IMG/VR virus record: IMGVR_UViG_3300024518_001512
Location: 1-29,799 of that record
From: a virus
Taxonomy: Duplodnaviria > Caudoviricetes
Direction: 5' to 3' (one strand)
Length of the DNA stretch: 29,799 bases
Shown here: one piece after another, positions 18,586 to 25,931 of the stretch
How positions within the stretch are numbered: the first letter of the stretch is position 1
Layout of the letters: every line of letters starts with the position of its first letter
Notes under the pieces: generated by a model
What the model was told of the DNA's origin: nothing
Seen by the model: the letters and a program-made list of their open reading frames with translations, nothing else
Databases searched by the model: none
Translations under genes and position numbers: made by a program

Positions 18586-19406
18586 TACGGCCTCGCGTTC
18601 TTGTAGGGATGATTGGCAGGTAGTTGACCTTGAAGGCCCCATTCCCAGAGAATGCTACCTTCAACCTTCTGCCGCGTTGCCTCTGAGGTGTCTTCAATGA
18701 TGAGGGTTTCGCCAACGTGGCCAGCGAGGGTCTGACCTACTCTATTGCTCATAATAATGAACGTCTGAGGATCGGAAATCTTCACGGTGTAGGCAACGGT
18801 TTCGTTCCTCGCAGTACCGCTCAAATAGGCAGTGATTGTAGACGAATCAAAATCAAATACGACATTGTAAAGGGCCGGGCCGATACCCATAGCGGGCGTG
18901 AAGTTGGTGTCGGTACCCCCTAACTCATTGGCCACTATACGACCATTAAAGTTGGCGACACTAACACCCCCGACGAATTGCCAATCAGTACACTCACCCG
19001 CGCATGACATAGCGAACATGCCTTCTGCAACATTCCCCAGAGGTAAAAACACCTCAGCGAGATGAAACACAGAGAGGTTGCCGCTACTCGGAACTTGAAA
19101 AGTATCTCCATATGTAGCTAGAGCATCGCCCCCCGCGTAGTACATCATATTCAGGCCGTTCAGGGTGTGCGTACCTGTCTGAGGCCGAGCAACTGTTGTA
19201 GGCTGAGTTAGTGGGGGGTATCCGCTTTTCTGATCTGCTAAACTCGAAACGCCGCCAGAGCCAACAGTGATCGACGTCTCATCCCTTGCGGCCCACCAAC
19301 CTAATGTCGGTATATCATGCGCCGTCCATCCATTTCGTTTTGGATTAACCGCGCCAGTAGCAATCAGCGTCGCCAGGTTACGCTTTATGTTTCGCCGGAT
19401 CGCCAT
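18585..19406 (-). CDS. Concanavalin A/LamG-like beta-sandwich virion protein
   Basis: GWWAARD...VSSLADQKSG...LTQ....RP.....LNGL at the N-terminus and GHVGETLI....RQKVEGSILWEWGL...LPANHPYK at the C-terminus are characteristic of phage LamG-like proteins. Confidence 0.7.
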   Translation of the reverse strand: MAIRRNIKRNLATLIATGAVNPKRNGWTAHDIPTLGWWAARDETSITVGSGGVSSLADQKSGYPPLTQPTTVARPQTGTHTLNGLNMMYYAGGDALATYGDTFQVPSSGNLSVFHLAEVFLPLGNVAEGMFAMSCAGECTDWQFVGGVSVANFNGRIVANELGGTDTNFTPAMGIGPALYNVVFDFDSSTITAYLSGTARNETVAYTVKISDPQTFIIMSNRVGQTLAGHVGETLIIEDTSEATRQKVEGSILWEWGLQGQLPANHPYKNARP

Positions 19407-20137
19407 TACAGCACCTTCTTGATTGTTCCCTTGACGTTCAGTACTGCGTCATCACCATTCGTAACGCTGAACATCTTGATATGCTGGACACCGTAGATGT
19501 TCTCTTGGAACGTACCCTTGACCTCGGTGACGCCATTGATCGCCATGAATGGGCTGGAGTCGAAAAGGGACTCAGTATCGATCGCGGCCTCGTAGTCGGT
19601 GGCCGGGAAGACGGTCGGAAGGGCGTTACTTGCGCCAAGCGGGTTGTTCACGAAGTTAAACGTGGCATTGCCGGTAGCACCAGCGTCAGCACCGTCACAG
19701 GACAGCGAAAGCCCACCAATCGGAGCGTTGCCGACCGGGACCGGGACGCTACTGATGAGGCCGGTAGTAGCAGAGGCGGGCATCTCTTCGTAATCGTTGG
19801 TGAAGACCATGACAGCGAGGCCATGACGCTCGACAACGGTAGTCGCGAGATCGCTGACGACGCGCTGGGTCAACAGGGACTTCTCCGTAACCATCGAGGA
19901 CAGGAGACCAGGAGTCGGCTTACAGCGGAAACCCTTCAGTCCGTCAATAGCCTTCACGAGCAGCGTAAGCGTGGCGTAGGTGTCACAATCAACAGTTGCG
20001 GCGCCGGAGTCGTCAGTGAACGTGAAACGGCCTTCAGTGTTCGTTCCGCCGTTTTCGTCGAACGCGACAGTGTGAATCTTGCTGATGCCGGTATAGCTGA
20101 TATTCAGCATGTGACTTGCGAGAAGAGGTAAATTCAT
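19406..20137 (-). CDS. Hypothetical virion structural protein (243 aa)
   Basis: GGAG RBS, T/A/G-rich beta-type composition, within the structural operon. Confidence 0.55.
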   Translation of the reverse strand: MNLPLLASHMLNISYTGISKIHTVAFDENGGTNTEGRFTFTDDSGAATVDCDTYATLTLLVKAIDGLKGFRCKPTPGLLSSMVTEKSLLTQRVVSDLATTVVERHGLAVMVFTNDYEEMPASATTGLISSVPVPVGNAPIGGLSLSCDGADAGATGNATFNFVNNPLGASNALPTVFPATDYEAAIDTESLFDSSPFMAINGVTEVKGTFQENIYGVQHIKMFSVTNGDDAVLNVKGTIKKVL

Positions 20138-20146
20138 GATGGCTCC

Positions 20147-20734
20147 CTATGCGGTTAATCCGATTCTGCGAGTTGTACGTTCCTGGCGGCGGGCGGCGAC
20201 AGCCTTCCCCCTCCAAAGGTCGAAAGTGTCTTTGTTCTCCGTGATGGCGGAGCGATTGGGGTCGATGTCGCTCCAGGGCTTTCCGCGCATCCGGTAGAGA
20301 GCATAGCGGGCGCCTGCAACAAGGCCCTCGTGGAATCGCTGAAGCACCCAGTCAGGGCCGGTGATGCCGTCTACGTCAGGAGCAAGCGAGACATTCACGA
20401 CAATGCCGTCAGTGATGTCCTGGTCAGGGATGAAGTCTTCTTCGAATGTCAGCGTAGAGAGGTCGGTCATCTTGTAGCCGGCCGGGTCGATAACGCTTTC
20501 GTCGATCTTCACCTCAACCACTCGGATTACAACGCCTTCGTCGGGTGAAAGCGTGTAATCCGCTTGGTCGGTAACGGAGTCGATAGGGTCAAGTTCCTCC
20601 CTCCAGACCTCGGAGCCTTCAAGAAGCTGCTCCCATGCCCACCTGAGTTTGTCTTGAACGACGTTCTCAGGGGGATAACCGGGCATGTCGGCGACTACTT
20701 TAATGGCTAGGTCACTGAGGAAGGTAATGGCCAT
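20147..20734 (-). CDS. Head-tail adaptor / tail tubular protein A-like protein
   Basis: DMPGYPPENVVQDKLR...LLEGSEVWRE...PDWVLQRFHEGLVAGARYALYRMRGKPWSD is the adaptor pattern seen downstream of N4-gp56-type capsid genes. Confidence 0.7.
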   Translation of the reverse strand: MAITFLSDLAIKVVADMPGYPPENVVQDKLRWAWEQLLEGSEVWREELDPIDSVTDQADYTLSPDEGVVIRVVEVKIDESVIDPAGYKMTDLSTLTFEEDFIPDQDITDGIVVNVSLAPDVDGITGPDWVLQRFHEGLVAGARYALYRMRGKPWSDIDPNRSAITENKDTFDLWRGKAVAARRQERTTRRIGLTA

Positions 20735-20735
20735 C

Positions 20736-21335
20736 CTATGCTACTCCGTGGTGAAGGGATTTCTTCATTTCATCGTTGCCGATCTTCCGCTGCTTGTCGT
20801 ACTCTTCAATGTCAATCTGGCGATGGATGATGTAGGTGTACGGCTTCTTCCCACCGATAGACTTGCGGTCTTCGCCGGGGATCTGCTTGAAGAGCGGGAC
20901 GTATGCGTTGTCGATGGCTTCGCGGTAGTCCGAACGAATGACCGTGCGGCGCTGCCGGGGCCAGATCATGAGCTTTCCGTTGACGCCGGCCATGACGAGA
21001 TCGTCGTCCTGCTCGCTCGTCTTCGGGTTGAACGTGACTTCGTAATACCAGTAAGTGCCAACCGGGGGCCGGTCTGCAAAGTCAATGTTCCGGTCGTCAG
21101 CGGCGGCGCGCTTCTCAGCGGCTTTGATGTCGGCCTTGAACTCTGCACGCTCTTTGGCGATCTGGATTTTCAGCTTGGCAATCTCTTGCTCGGCCGGGCT
21201 GAGTTCAACTTCGGCGGTTTCGTCGGCCGCTGTCAGTTCTGGTTGAGTTGGTGTCGATGCTGCTTTTTCTTCGGTCTTGGAAGGGGCTGCTTTTTCAGTC
21301 GCCTTATCCGCCGGTTTGCGTTTCGGTCTTGGCAT
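20736..21335 (-). CDS. Conserved phage protein with a GVNG motif, found downstream of N4-gp56-type capsid genes
   Basis: Disordered N-terminus, then DLVMAGVNGKLMIWPRQRRTVIRSDYREAIDNA. AGGAG RBS. Confidence 0.6.
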   Translation of the reverse strand: MPRPKRKPADKATEKAAPSKTEEKAASTPTQPELTAADETAEVELSPAEQEIAKLKIQIAKERAEFKADIKAAEKRAAADDRNIDFADRPPVGTYWYYEVTFNPKTSEQDDDLVMAGVNGKLMIWPRQRRTVIRSDYREAIDNAYVPLFKQIPGEDRKSIGGKKPYTYIIHRQIDIEEYDKQRKIGNDEMKKSLHHGVA

Positions 21336-21390
21336 GGTCGTTCGCTCCTATTTGTGCTGTAGACTCTTGGCCGTTGGAGAGGTGGGAACT

Positions 21391-21425
21391 AAACCGGCAC
21401 CTACCCCGTAAAAGGTAGGCACCGG
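21391..21425 (-). terminator. Probable weak intrinsic terminator after the capsid genes
   Basis: Minus strand CCGGUGCCUACC-uuuuacgg-GGUAGGUGCCGG-UUU: a 12-bp stem whose two G-U pairs form only on the minus strand, with a short U tail. Confidence 0.65.
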
Positions 21426-21440
21426 ATCAGCATGACGAAT

Positions 21441-22106
21441 CTAGTTGTAGGTACCAGCTTCGAAAGCGACGGGCTCGCCGCTCTGATTGACGGAACTATC
21501 GTCAGCCAGGGAGAACCCAGCCTTCGTGATAGTGCCGGCCGTGACGCCTACCAGGTCGTACTTGCCTGTGAGGGCTTGTACCTGACCACTGGACAGTGCC
21601 TTACTGAGGGTCACTTCATCAGCGGCGTCGCCATCATTGGTGATAGCCAAGATGACAGCGTTTTCGCTGCGGGAAGCGGCCTCAGAACCAACCGTGACCA
21701 TCGAGCCAACGCCTACCAAAGTGGTATTGACGCCAGCATTGAAATGGCCGGTACGGTTTGCGGGGGTGTCCAGGGTGAACTGACTGACAACATCGCCAGT
21801 GCCCTTGTCGCGCATGTCTTCGTCAGCGGGACGGGCGATACGGCTGGTGGATGCAGAGGTAATCTCTTCACCACCGAGGTATTCGCCAACGCCGTCGCCG
21901 AGAGCCTGCGGAGTCGTGACACCGGCTTCGTCGATTTCGATACCGCCGAAAGCTTCGATGGAGCGCATGTTGCGATTCCATTCGATTGCCTTCTCAGCGG
22001 TGGCTTTGATCGTCCGGATCTTCACCCAGTCGGGAACAAAACCAAGGCCGACGTAGAGGTCAGCAGCGGTTCCAACAAAGATTCCTGCTTCTTGACGTAG
22101 TGCCAT
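21441..22106 (-). CDS. Probable capsid decoration / minor head protein
   Basis: 221 aa directly after the MCP with AAGGAG RBS and before the terminator. N-terminal LGFVPDWVKI motif is typical of post-MCP virion proteins. Confidence 0.6.
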   Translation of the reverse strand: MALRQEAGIFVGTAADLYVGLGFVPDWVKIRTIKATAEKAIEWNRNMRSIEAFGGIEIDEAGVTTPQALGDGVGEYLGGEEITSASTSRIARPADEDMRDKGTGDVVSQFTLDTPANRTGHFNAGVNTTLVGVGSMVTVGSEAASRSENAVILAITNDGDAADEVTLSKALSSGQVQALTGKYDLVGVTAGTITKAGFSLADDSSVNQSGEPVAFEAGTYN

Positions 22107-22125
22107 TTTTCAGAATCTCCTTTTA

Positions 22126-23160
22126 CTATTCACTGGTGGGCGGGATGGCGCTTGCAGCGACTTCCAACCGACCGATGAAGGTTTGGGTGAGGATCAAGCA
22201 AGCCTGATCTGCGGTCCAGCTTGCGCTGCCAAGACGACCCATAGGATCACCGGGGGCGGGCTTCGGCTGGAGAACAACGGGTTTGGTTGCACCATGACCC
22301 TGGAGGGGGACGATGGCGTAGGCATCACGCGCCAGGGCAATCAACGGGTAAACGTCGGCCTGGGCTGCACTGGAGACTTCTTCGCCACCACTGAGCCAGT
22401 TAGTGCTCGAAGCACCGGAGGTTTCCCAGGCATCGAAGAGCGAGGACAGCATGACGCGGAAGTCACCAATCGAACCAACTTCGTTCGGCATGGCCTTCAT
22501 TGCGGAGCTGTAATTCGCAACAGGAACCCAACCAGGCAGATTTTCGAGGTCGGCCTTCGCGTCGGTGTGACCCAACAGGATGAACGCTTCACGAATCGGC
22601 TCAGTGGAGACCATGGCCGATGCGGCGATGATGCGAGTGATCTTCTTGGCGCGGTTCTTCATGAAGGCACGTTCCATGCGCTTCAGGTCGGACAGCTTGG
22701 CCGGGGAGTCAACTGCTGCGCGGGACGCAACGTTGTTGGCGTAGAAGACATTGGTACCACCCTTCAGGGCGTTCCAGCGAATGAGCTCGACGACTTCAGC
22801 CTGCTGCTCACCGAGGATGTTGAAGGTCTCCTGGAAGACCGGATCCTCGTGGTACAGTTTGAGTTCGCGAGTCAGCTCAACGAGATCACCATACGTTTCC
22901 AGGGTAACGGAAACATCGGTGTACTTGAGCTTTTTGGCGGCGGGCGTAACGCCTTCGGCCAGGGGTGCGAGTGCCGGCAGAGCTGCGAGCGAATGGTAGC
23001 GACGATAGACGCGAACCTTGCCCTTGTTCTGCGGTTGAGGGTCTTTCTGCCCGAATCGTTCCAGGATCATAACTTCCTGGGCACGCTTCAACAGACGCTT
23101 TGCGGCAAAGACCGCGGTACGTTGACTGAGATCGCCAGTCGTGTTGTAGTTGGTAGCCAT
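22126..23160 (-). CDS. Major capsid protein, N4-gp56 family (344 aa)
   Basis: GDLSQRTAVFAAKRLLKRAQEVMILERFGQ...RRY...LAEGVTP...YGDLVELT...NEVGSIGDFRV...DVYPLIAL...DPMGRLG. Start set at ATG 23160 behind AAGGAGG. Confidence 0.93.
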   Translation of the reverse strand: MATNYNTTGDLSQRTAVFAAKRLLKRAQEVMILERFGQKDPQPQNKGKVRVYRRYHSLAALPALAPLAEGVTPAAKKLKYTDVSVTLETYGDLVELTRELKLYHEDPVFQETFNILGEQQAEVVELIRWNALKGGTNVFYANNVASRAAVDSPAKLSDLKRMERAFMKNRAKKITRIIAASAMVSTEPIREAFILLGHTDAKADLENLPGWVPVANYSSAMKAMPNEVGSIGDFRVMLSSLFDAWETSGASSTNWLSGGEEVSSAAQADVYPLIALARDAYAIVPLQGHGATKPVVLQPKPAPGDPMGRLGSASWTADQACLILTQTFIGRLEVAASAIPPTSE

Positions 23161-23211
23161 AACGGCCTCCTTGTGTTGTTCGGCACCGTGCTCGGACACT
23201 CAGAGGCGTTC
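23161..23211 (-). promoter_or_regulatory. Putative Com-binding RNA hairpin (23194-23211) overlapping an SD-sequestering helix in the MCP leader
   Basis: Minus strand GAACGCCUCUGAGUGUCC versus the Mu Com target as I recall it (GAAUGCCUGCGAGCAUCC): 13/18 identical with stem pairing preserved. Alternative pairing AACG-CCUCU-ga-GUGU / ACAC-aa-GGAGG-c-CGUU covers the SD. Confidence 0.75.
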
Positions 23212-23244
23212 TGGCTAACAGTCTTGCTATTGCGTTTGTGAGAT

Positions 23245-23439
23245 CTATGTAACTTGGAAACGAATGAACTTTTTGCAGTGACGGCACATTACTTCAGTGT
23301 TGGTACCGGAACCGAGGATTCCCTTGAAAAGAATCGTGTTACAACCTGGGTAAGGACAACGAGTGACGACTTCATTGGGCTGTGTGACATGTTCGTCGTA
23401 TGTCGCATGGACCGTATTCGTTCGTTGGTCGTCAGCCAT
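23245..23439 (-). CDS. com: Mu Com-like zinc-ribbon protein (putative RNA-binding translational regulator)
   Basis: 64 aa, RCPYPGCNTILFKG...TEVMCRHCKK fits the Com pattern RC..CNKLL.K.......IKCPRCK. Its start overlaps the scaffold stop (TAATG). Confidence 0.75.
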   Translation of the reverse strand: MADDQRTNTVHATYDEHVTQPNEVVTRCPYPGCNTILFKGILGSGTNTEVMCRHCKKFIRFQVT

Positions 23440-24425
23440 TAGTCTTTCACCTTGAATTCGTTGAATAGGGCCAGTTCCTCAGATTCGCTGAGAGGTGGCT
23501 CACCGTCTCCGCCTTTGCCCTTGGTCCGGCTCTTACCGCCGCCGTCCTTGCCCTTCTTCTTCGTGCGAGCGGTGGACCCGTGGAGGTCCGTGTGCTTCTT
23601 CTTCTTGTCCCTGGCGTCAGAGTCGCGATTCTTGTTCGAGCTCTTGACCGTGGCTTCCTTGAACATGTCGAGAACTGCGGATTGCCCCTCGATCGTGTTT
23701 CCGTCGAACAGGGCTTGGGCGTCCTTGTCCTGCTTGTTGAGCCAGCCCCAGAACTTATGTTTCCCGTCGGCCTGCATGGCAGAAATGTTGAGGTCTGAAT
23801 GGCGGGACTGGAGTGCGCTGTTGTGCTTCTCTGCGGCCAGGTCGGCCCGCATTGCATCGAAGTCCTTGCGGCTTACATAATCTTCACCCTTAGCGGTGGT
23901 GGTCGTGCCGGCGGCTTGAAGGGCCAGGGCAGTCATGAAGTCAACCAGCTCTTCACCGTACTCTTCGCGGAGTTCAGTGACGTTGATTTTCCTGTCGCCA
24001 ATGGTGAGCTCTTCGGCACCCATCAATTCCTTGGTGACTTCTTCGCGAATCTCTGCCTCGCGCTCGGCCATCCGGCGGGTAACTTCGGATTCAGTATCGG
24101 ACTCTTCAGTCTCTTTCTTGTTGTCGGCCACCATGCGCTTTACGCGATCAGCTGCAGACTCGTCGGAATGGTCATCGTCGTCTTCGTCCTCTTCGGACTC
24201 TTCGTCTTCATCGTCATCCGACTCTTCTTCGTCGGAATCATCAGAATCGTTGTCGTCGTCGCTGGTTTCTTCGTCGTCGTTCTCTTCTTCGCCAGATTCG
24301 TCGTCCGTACCTTCATCGGTATCGGCGTCGTCTTCGGAATTCTCTTCGTCTTCGTTGAAGAGATTCTCCATCTGGTCGTCGGTCATGTCTTCAGCTTCTT
24401 GCTCTGCGCTCAAGTCGTCTGGCAT
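23439..24425 (-). CDS. Capsid scaffolding protein
   Basis: 328 aa between portal and MCP. Extremely acidic N-terminus, helical core (FWGWLNKQ), and a Lys-rich C-terminus ending in an acidic helix. Confidence 0.8.
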   Translation of the reverse strand: MPDDLSAEQEAEDMTDDQMENLFNEDEENSEDDADTDEGTDDESGEEENDDEETSDDDNDSDDSDEEESDDDEDEESEEDEDDDDHSDESAADRVKRMVADNKKETEESDTESEVTRRMAEREAEIREEVTKELMGAEELTIGDRKINVTELREEYGEELVDFMTALALQAAGTTTTAKGEDYVSRKDFDAMRADLAAEKHNSALQSRHSDLNISAMQADGKHKFWGWLNKQDKDAQALFDGNTIEGQSAVLDMFKEATVKSSNKNRDSDARDKKKKHTDLHGSTARTKKKGKDGGGKSRTKGKGGDGEPPLSESEELALFNEFKVKD

Positions 24426-24451
24426 TTGGCTTTTCCTTGTTCGTCGGTTAT

Positions 24452-24483
24452 CTCGGGGCGCCTGGTTTACTAGACGCCCCGAG
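24452..24483 (-). promoter_or_regulatory. Strong intergenic hairpin without a U tail, upstream of the scaffold gene
   Basis: CUCGGGGCGUCU-aguaaacc-AGGCGCCCCGAG: 12-bp stem with one U-G pair on the minus strand. Confidence 0.6.
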
Positions 24484-24489
24484 GTCGCA

Positions 24490-24948
24490 CTATGCGGCGA
24501 ACGTGATTGCGCCGGAGGTATAGACTACCCCGCCGATTTCCACGTTCAGGTAGACGGTATCCGCGCCAGTCGCCTCAGTGATGTTGAGGTCGGCCAGGCC
24601 GGTAATGGTCGTATAGAGCACACCGTCAACCACGGAATCACTGCCATTCGGCAGGAAAAGACCGTTGGTCCCGATAGCGATACTATCAGGGGCGGTGGCT
24701 TCGAGCGTGTCACCAGTGGCATCGCTACTGAGATACATGCGCATCCCGGTACGATAGGCGATGACGTCGCCGTTGTTTGCTTTGATGGTAAGGCCAACGT
24801 TGATTACGTTAGCAGCTTCAGCACCGATCACGAATGCGACGGTAGCGGCGGCTTTCTTACCTGCGGGAGTCAGAAAGGTCTGGACTTTACCCCAGACGTG
24901 ACTGATGTTGAGAAGCTTTCTCAACGCATAAGGGAGATATCCGCTCAT
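24490..24948 (-). CDS. Putative virion beta-sandwich protein (152 aa), possible head decoration protein
   Basis: GAAGG RBS, A/T/G-rich beta-strand pattern, in the head module. Confidence 0.55.
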   Translation of the reverse strand: MSGYLPYALRKLLNISHVWGKVQTFLTPAGKKAAATVAFVIGAEAANVINVGLTIKANNGDVIAYRTGMRMYLSSDATGDTLEATAPDSIAIGTNGLFLPNGSDSVVDGVLYTTITGLADLNITEATGADTVYLNVEIGGVVYTSGAITFAA

Positions 24949-24952
24949 GTTG

Positions 24953-25210
24953 TCACCTTCCTTCGTTTGAACGTTTGAGTTCTTTACGAGACTGGTCGGG
25001 CTGGGAAAGCAGCCATTCCAGCGTTTGCCGTCGGATCGTCAGGCATGTTAAGTCCTTCGTCAGATCTTCAGGACAGTGCCGGGGGGAATTAGCGATTTGC
25101 TTTGATACTAGTTCAATCTCATTCTCGACAACGATCTTGAGAATTCCCCAGATGTCATGGTTTTGAGCATTCGAAAGTACTTCTTTTTGGTATTCAGTAA
25201 GCTTTGCCAC
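24953..25210 (-). CDS. Small helical head-module protein (85 aa)
   Basis: GTG start with GAGGG RBS. W..L...V..EIE.......L.WLL..P pattern is typical of small genes between portal and scaffold. Confidence 0.6.
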   Translation of the reverse strand: MAKLTEYQKEVLSNAQNHDIWGILKIVVENEIELVSKQIANSPRHCPEDLTKDLTCLTIRRQTLEWLLSQPDQSRKELKRSNEGR

Positions 25211-25242
25211 TTCTTCCCTCTGTCACTTTCTTGTGTACATCT

Positions 25243-25271
25243 ATTGTATGCAGGTGATCAACGGATGTCAA
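25243..25271 (-). promoter_or_regulatory. Sigma70-type promoter TTGACA-N17-TACAAT for the head genes
   Basis: Perfect -35 (25266-25271), 17-nt spacer and 5/6 -10 (25243-25248), lying in an intergenic gap. Confidence 0.8.
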
Positions 25272-25291
25272 GCAATTGAGACCACAATGGA

Positions 25292-25579
25292 TCAGGACCA
25301 GGAGATCTTGACGATCACACCCAGGTGCCCTTTCTTCTGGTGGAGTACAACGTCATAGCCGTCCTGTGAGGCTAAATGGGTGCGCAACCGGTGGGCGACT
25401 TCCTGTGACGTATCGTCGTTCGGTTTCGATGGAGGAAATTTCAGATCAAGTTCACAATGCCCGTCAGCGACATGCTTTTCGATCTTGTCTTCCGCGCGAT
25501 TGATGACGCGACGTGTCCATTCGGCGTACAGTTCAGCGGTGGCTGTCTGCTTCTTGATCTTGGCTTGCTCTGCGTTCAT
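25292..25579 (-). CDS. Hypothetical phage protein (95 aa)
   Basis: TAATG-coupled ORF ending L...DGYDV......VKISWS, a pattern common in small phage proteins. Confidence 0.6.
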   Translation of the reverse strand: MNAEQAKIKKQTATAELYAEWTRRVINRAEDKIEKHVADGHCELDLKFPPSKPNDDTSQEVAHRLRTHLASQDGYDVVLHQKKGHLGVIVKISWS

Positions 25580-25920
25580 TACATCGTCCTGTATTCGAGG
25601 TAGATTTTCAGGCGGCGGTCGTCCTTCACGTTGACTTGCTCCTCAACCATTTCGCCGATGGCAATGAAGACTTGGCCCTTATACGATATCAGGATCTCGT
25701 CGCCGGCCGTTACTGAATTGCACTCTGCATTGGTTTCTTCGGTCATGTCGATGCCAAAGGCTTGTTTGAATACAACGTCGATCAGCCGGTCTTGTGCTGC
25801 CTGGTGGCGGATGACGATCTCTTTCCCCAGTGCGCTGGAGTCCTCCTGGAACTCAGGGAACCGGATCAGGGATACGTCGTAGATCAGGACGCGGGGATTG
25901 GCGGTGGTTTCTTCGGCCAT
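25579..25920 (-). CDS. Hypothetical protein (113 aa)
   Basis: AGGAG RBS straight after the portal stop. No family recognised. Confidence 0.6.
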   Translation of the reverse strand: MAEETTANPRVLIYDVSLIRFPEFQEDSSALGKEIVIRHQAAQDRLIDVVFKQAFGIDMTEETNAECNSVTAGDEILISYKGQVFIAIGEMVEEQVNVKDDRRLKIYLEYRTM

Positions 25921-25931
25921 GCTGGTGGCTC

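Noticed and set aside
21360-21378. AACGGCCAAGAGUCU before the 199-aa gene as a second Com site
   Set aside because: Only a 3-bp stem with a shorter loop; too weak to call.
23161-23199. Upstream GTG start of the MCP given by the ORF track (23199)
   Set aside because: It has no SD and lies inside the regulatory hairpin. ATG 23160 has AAGGAGG and gives a typical N-terminus.
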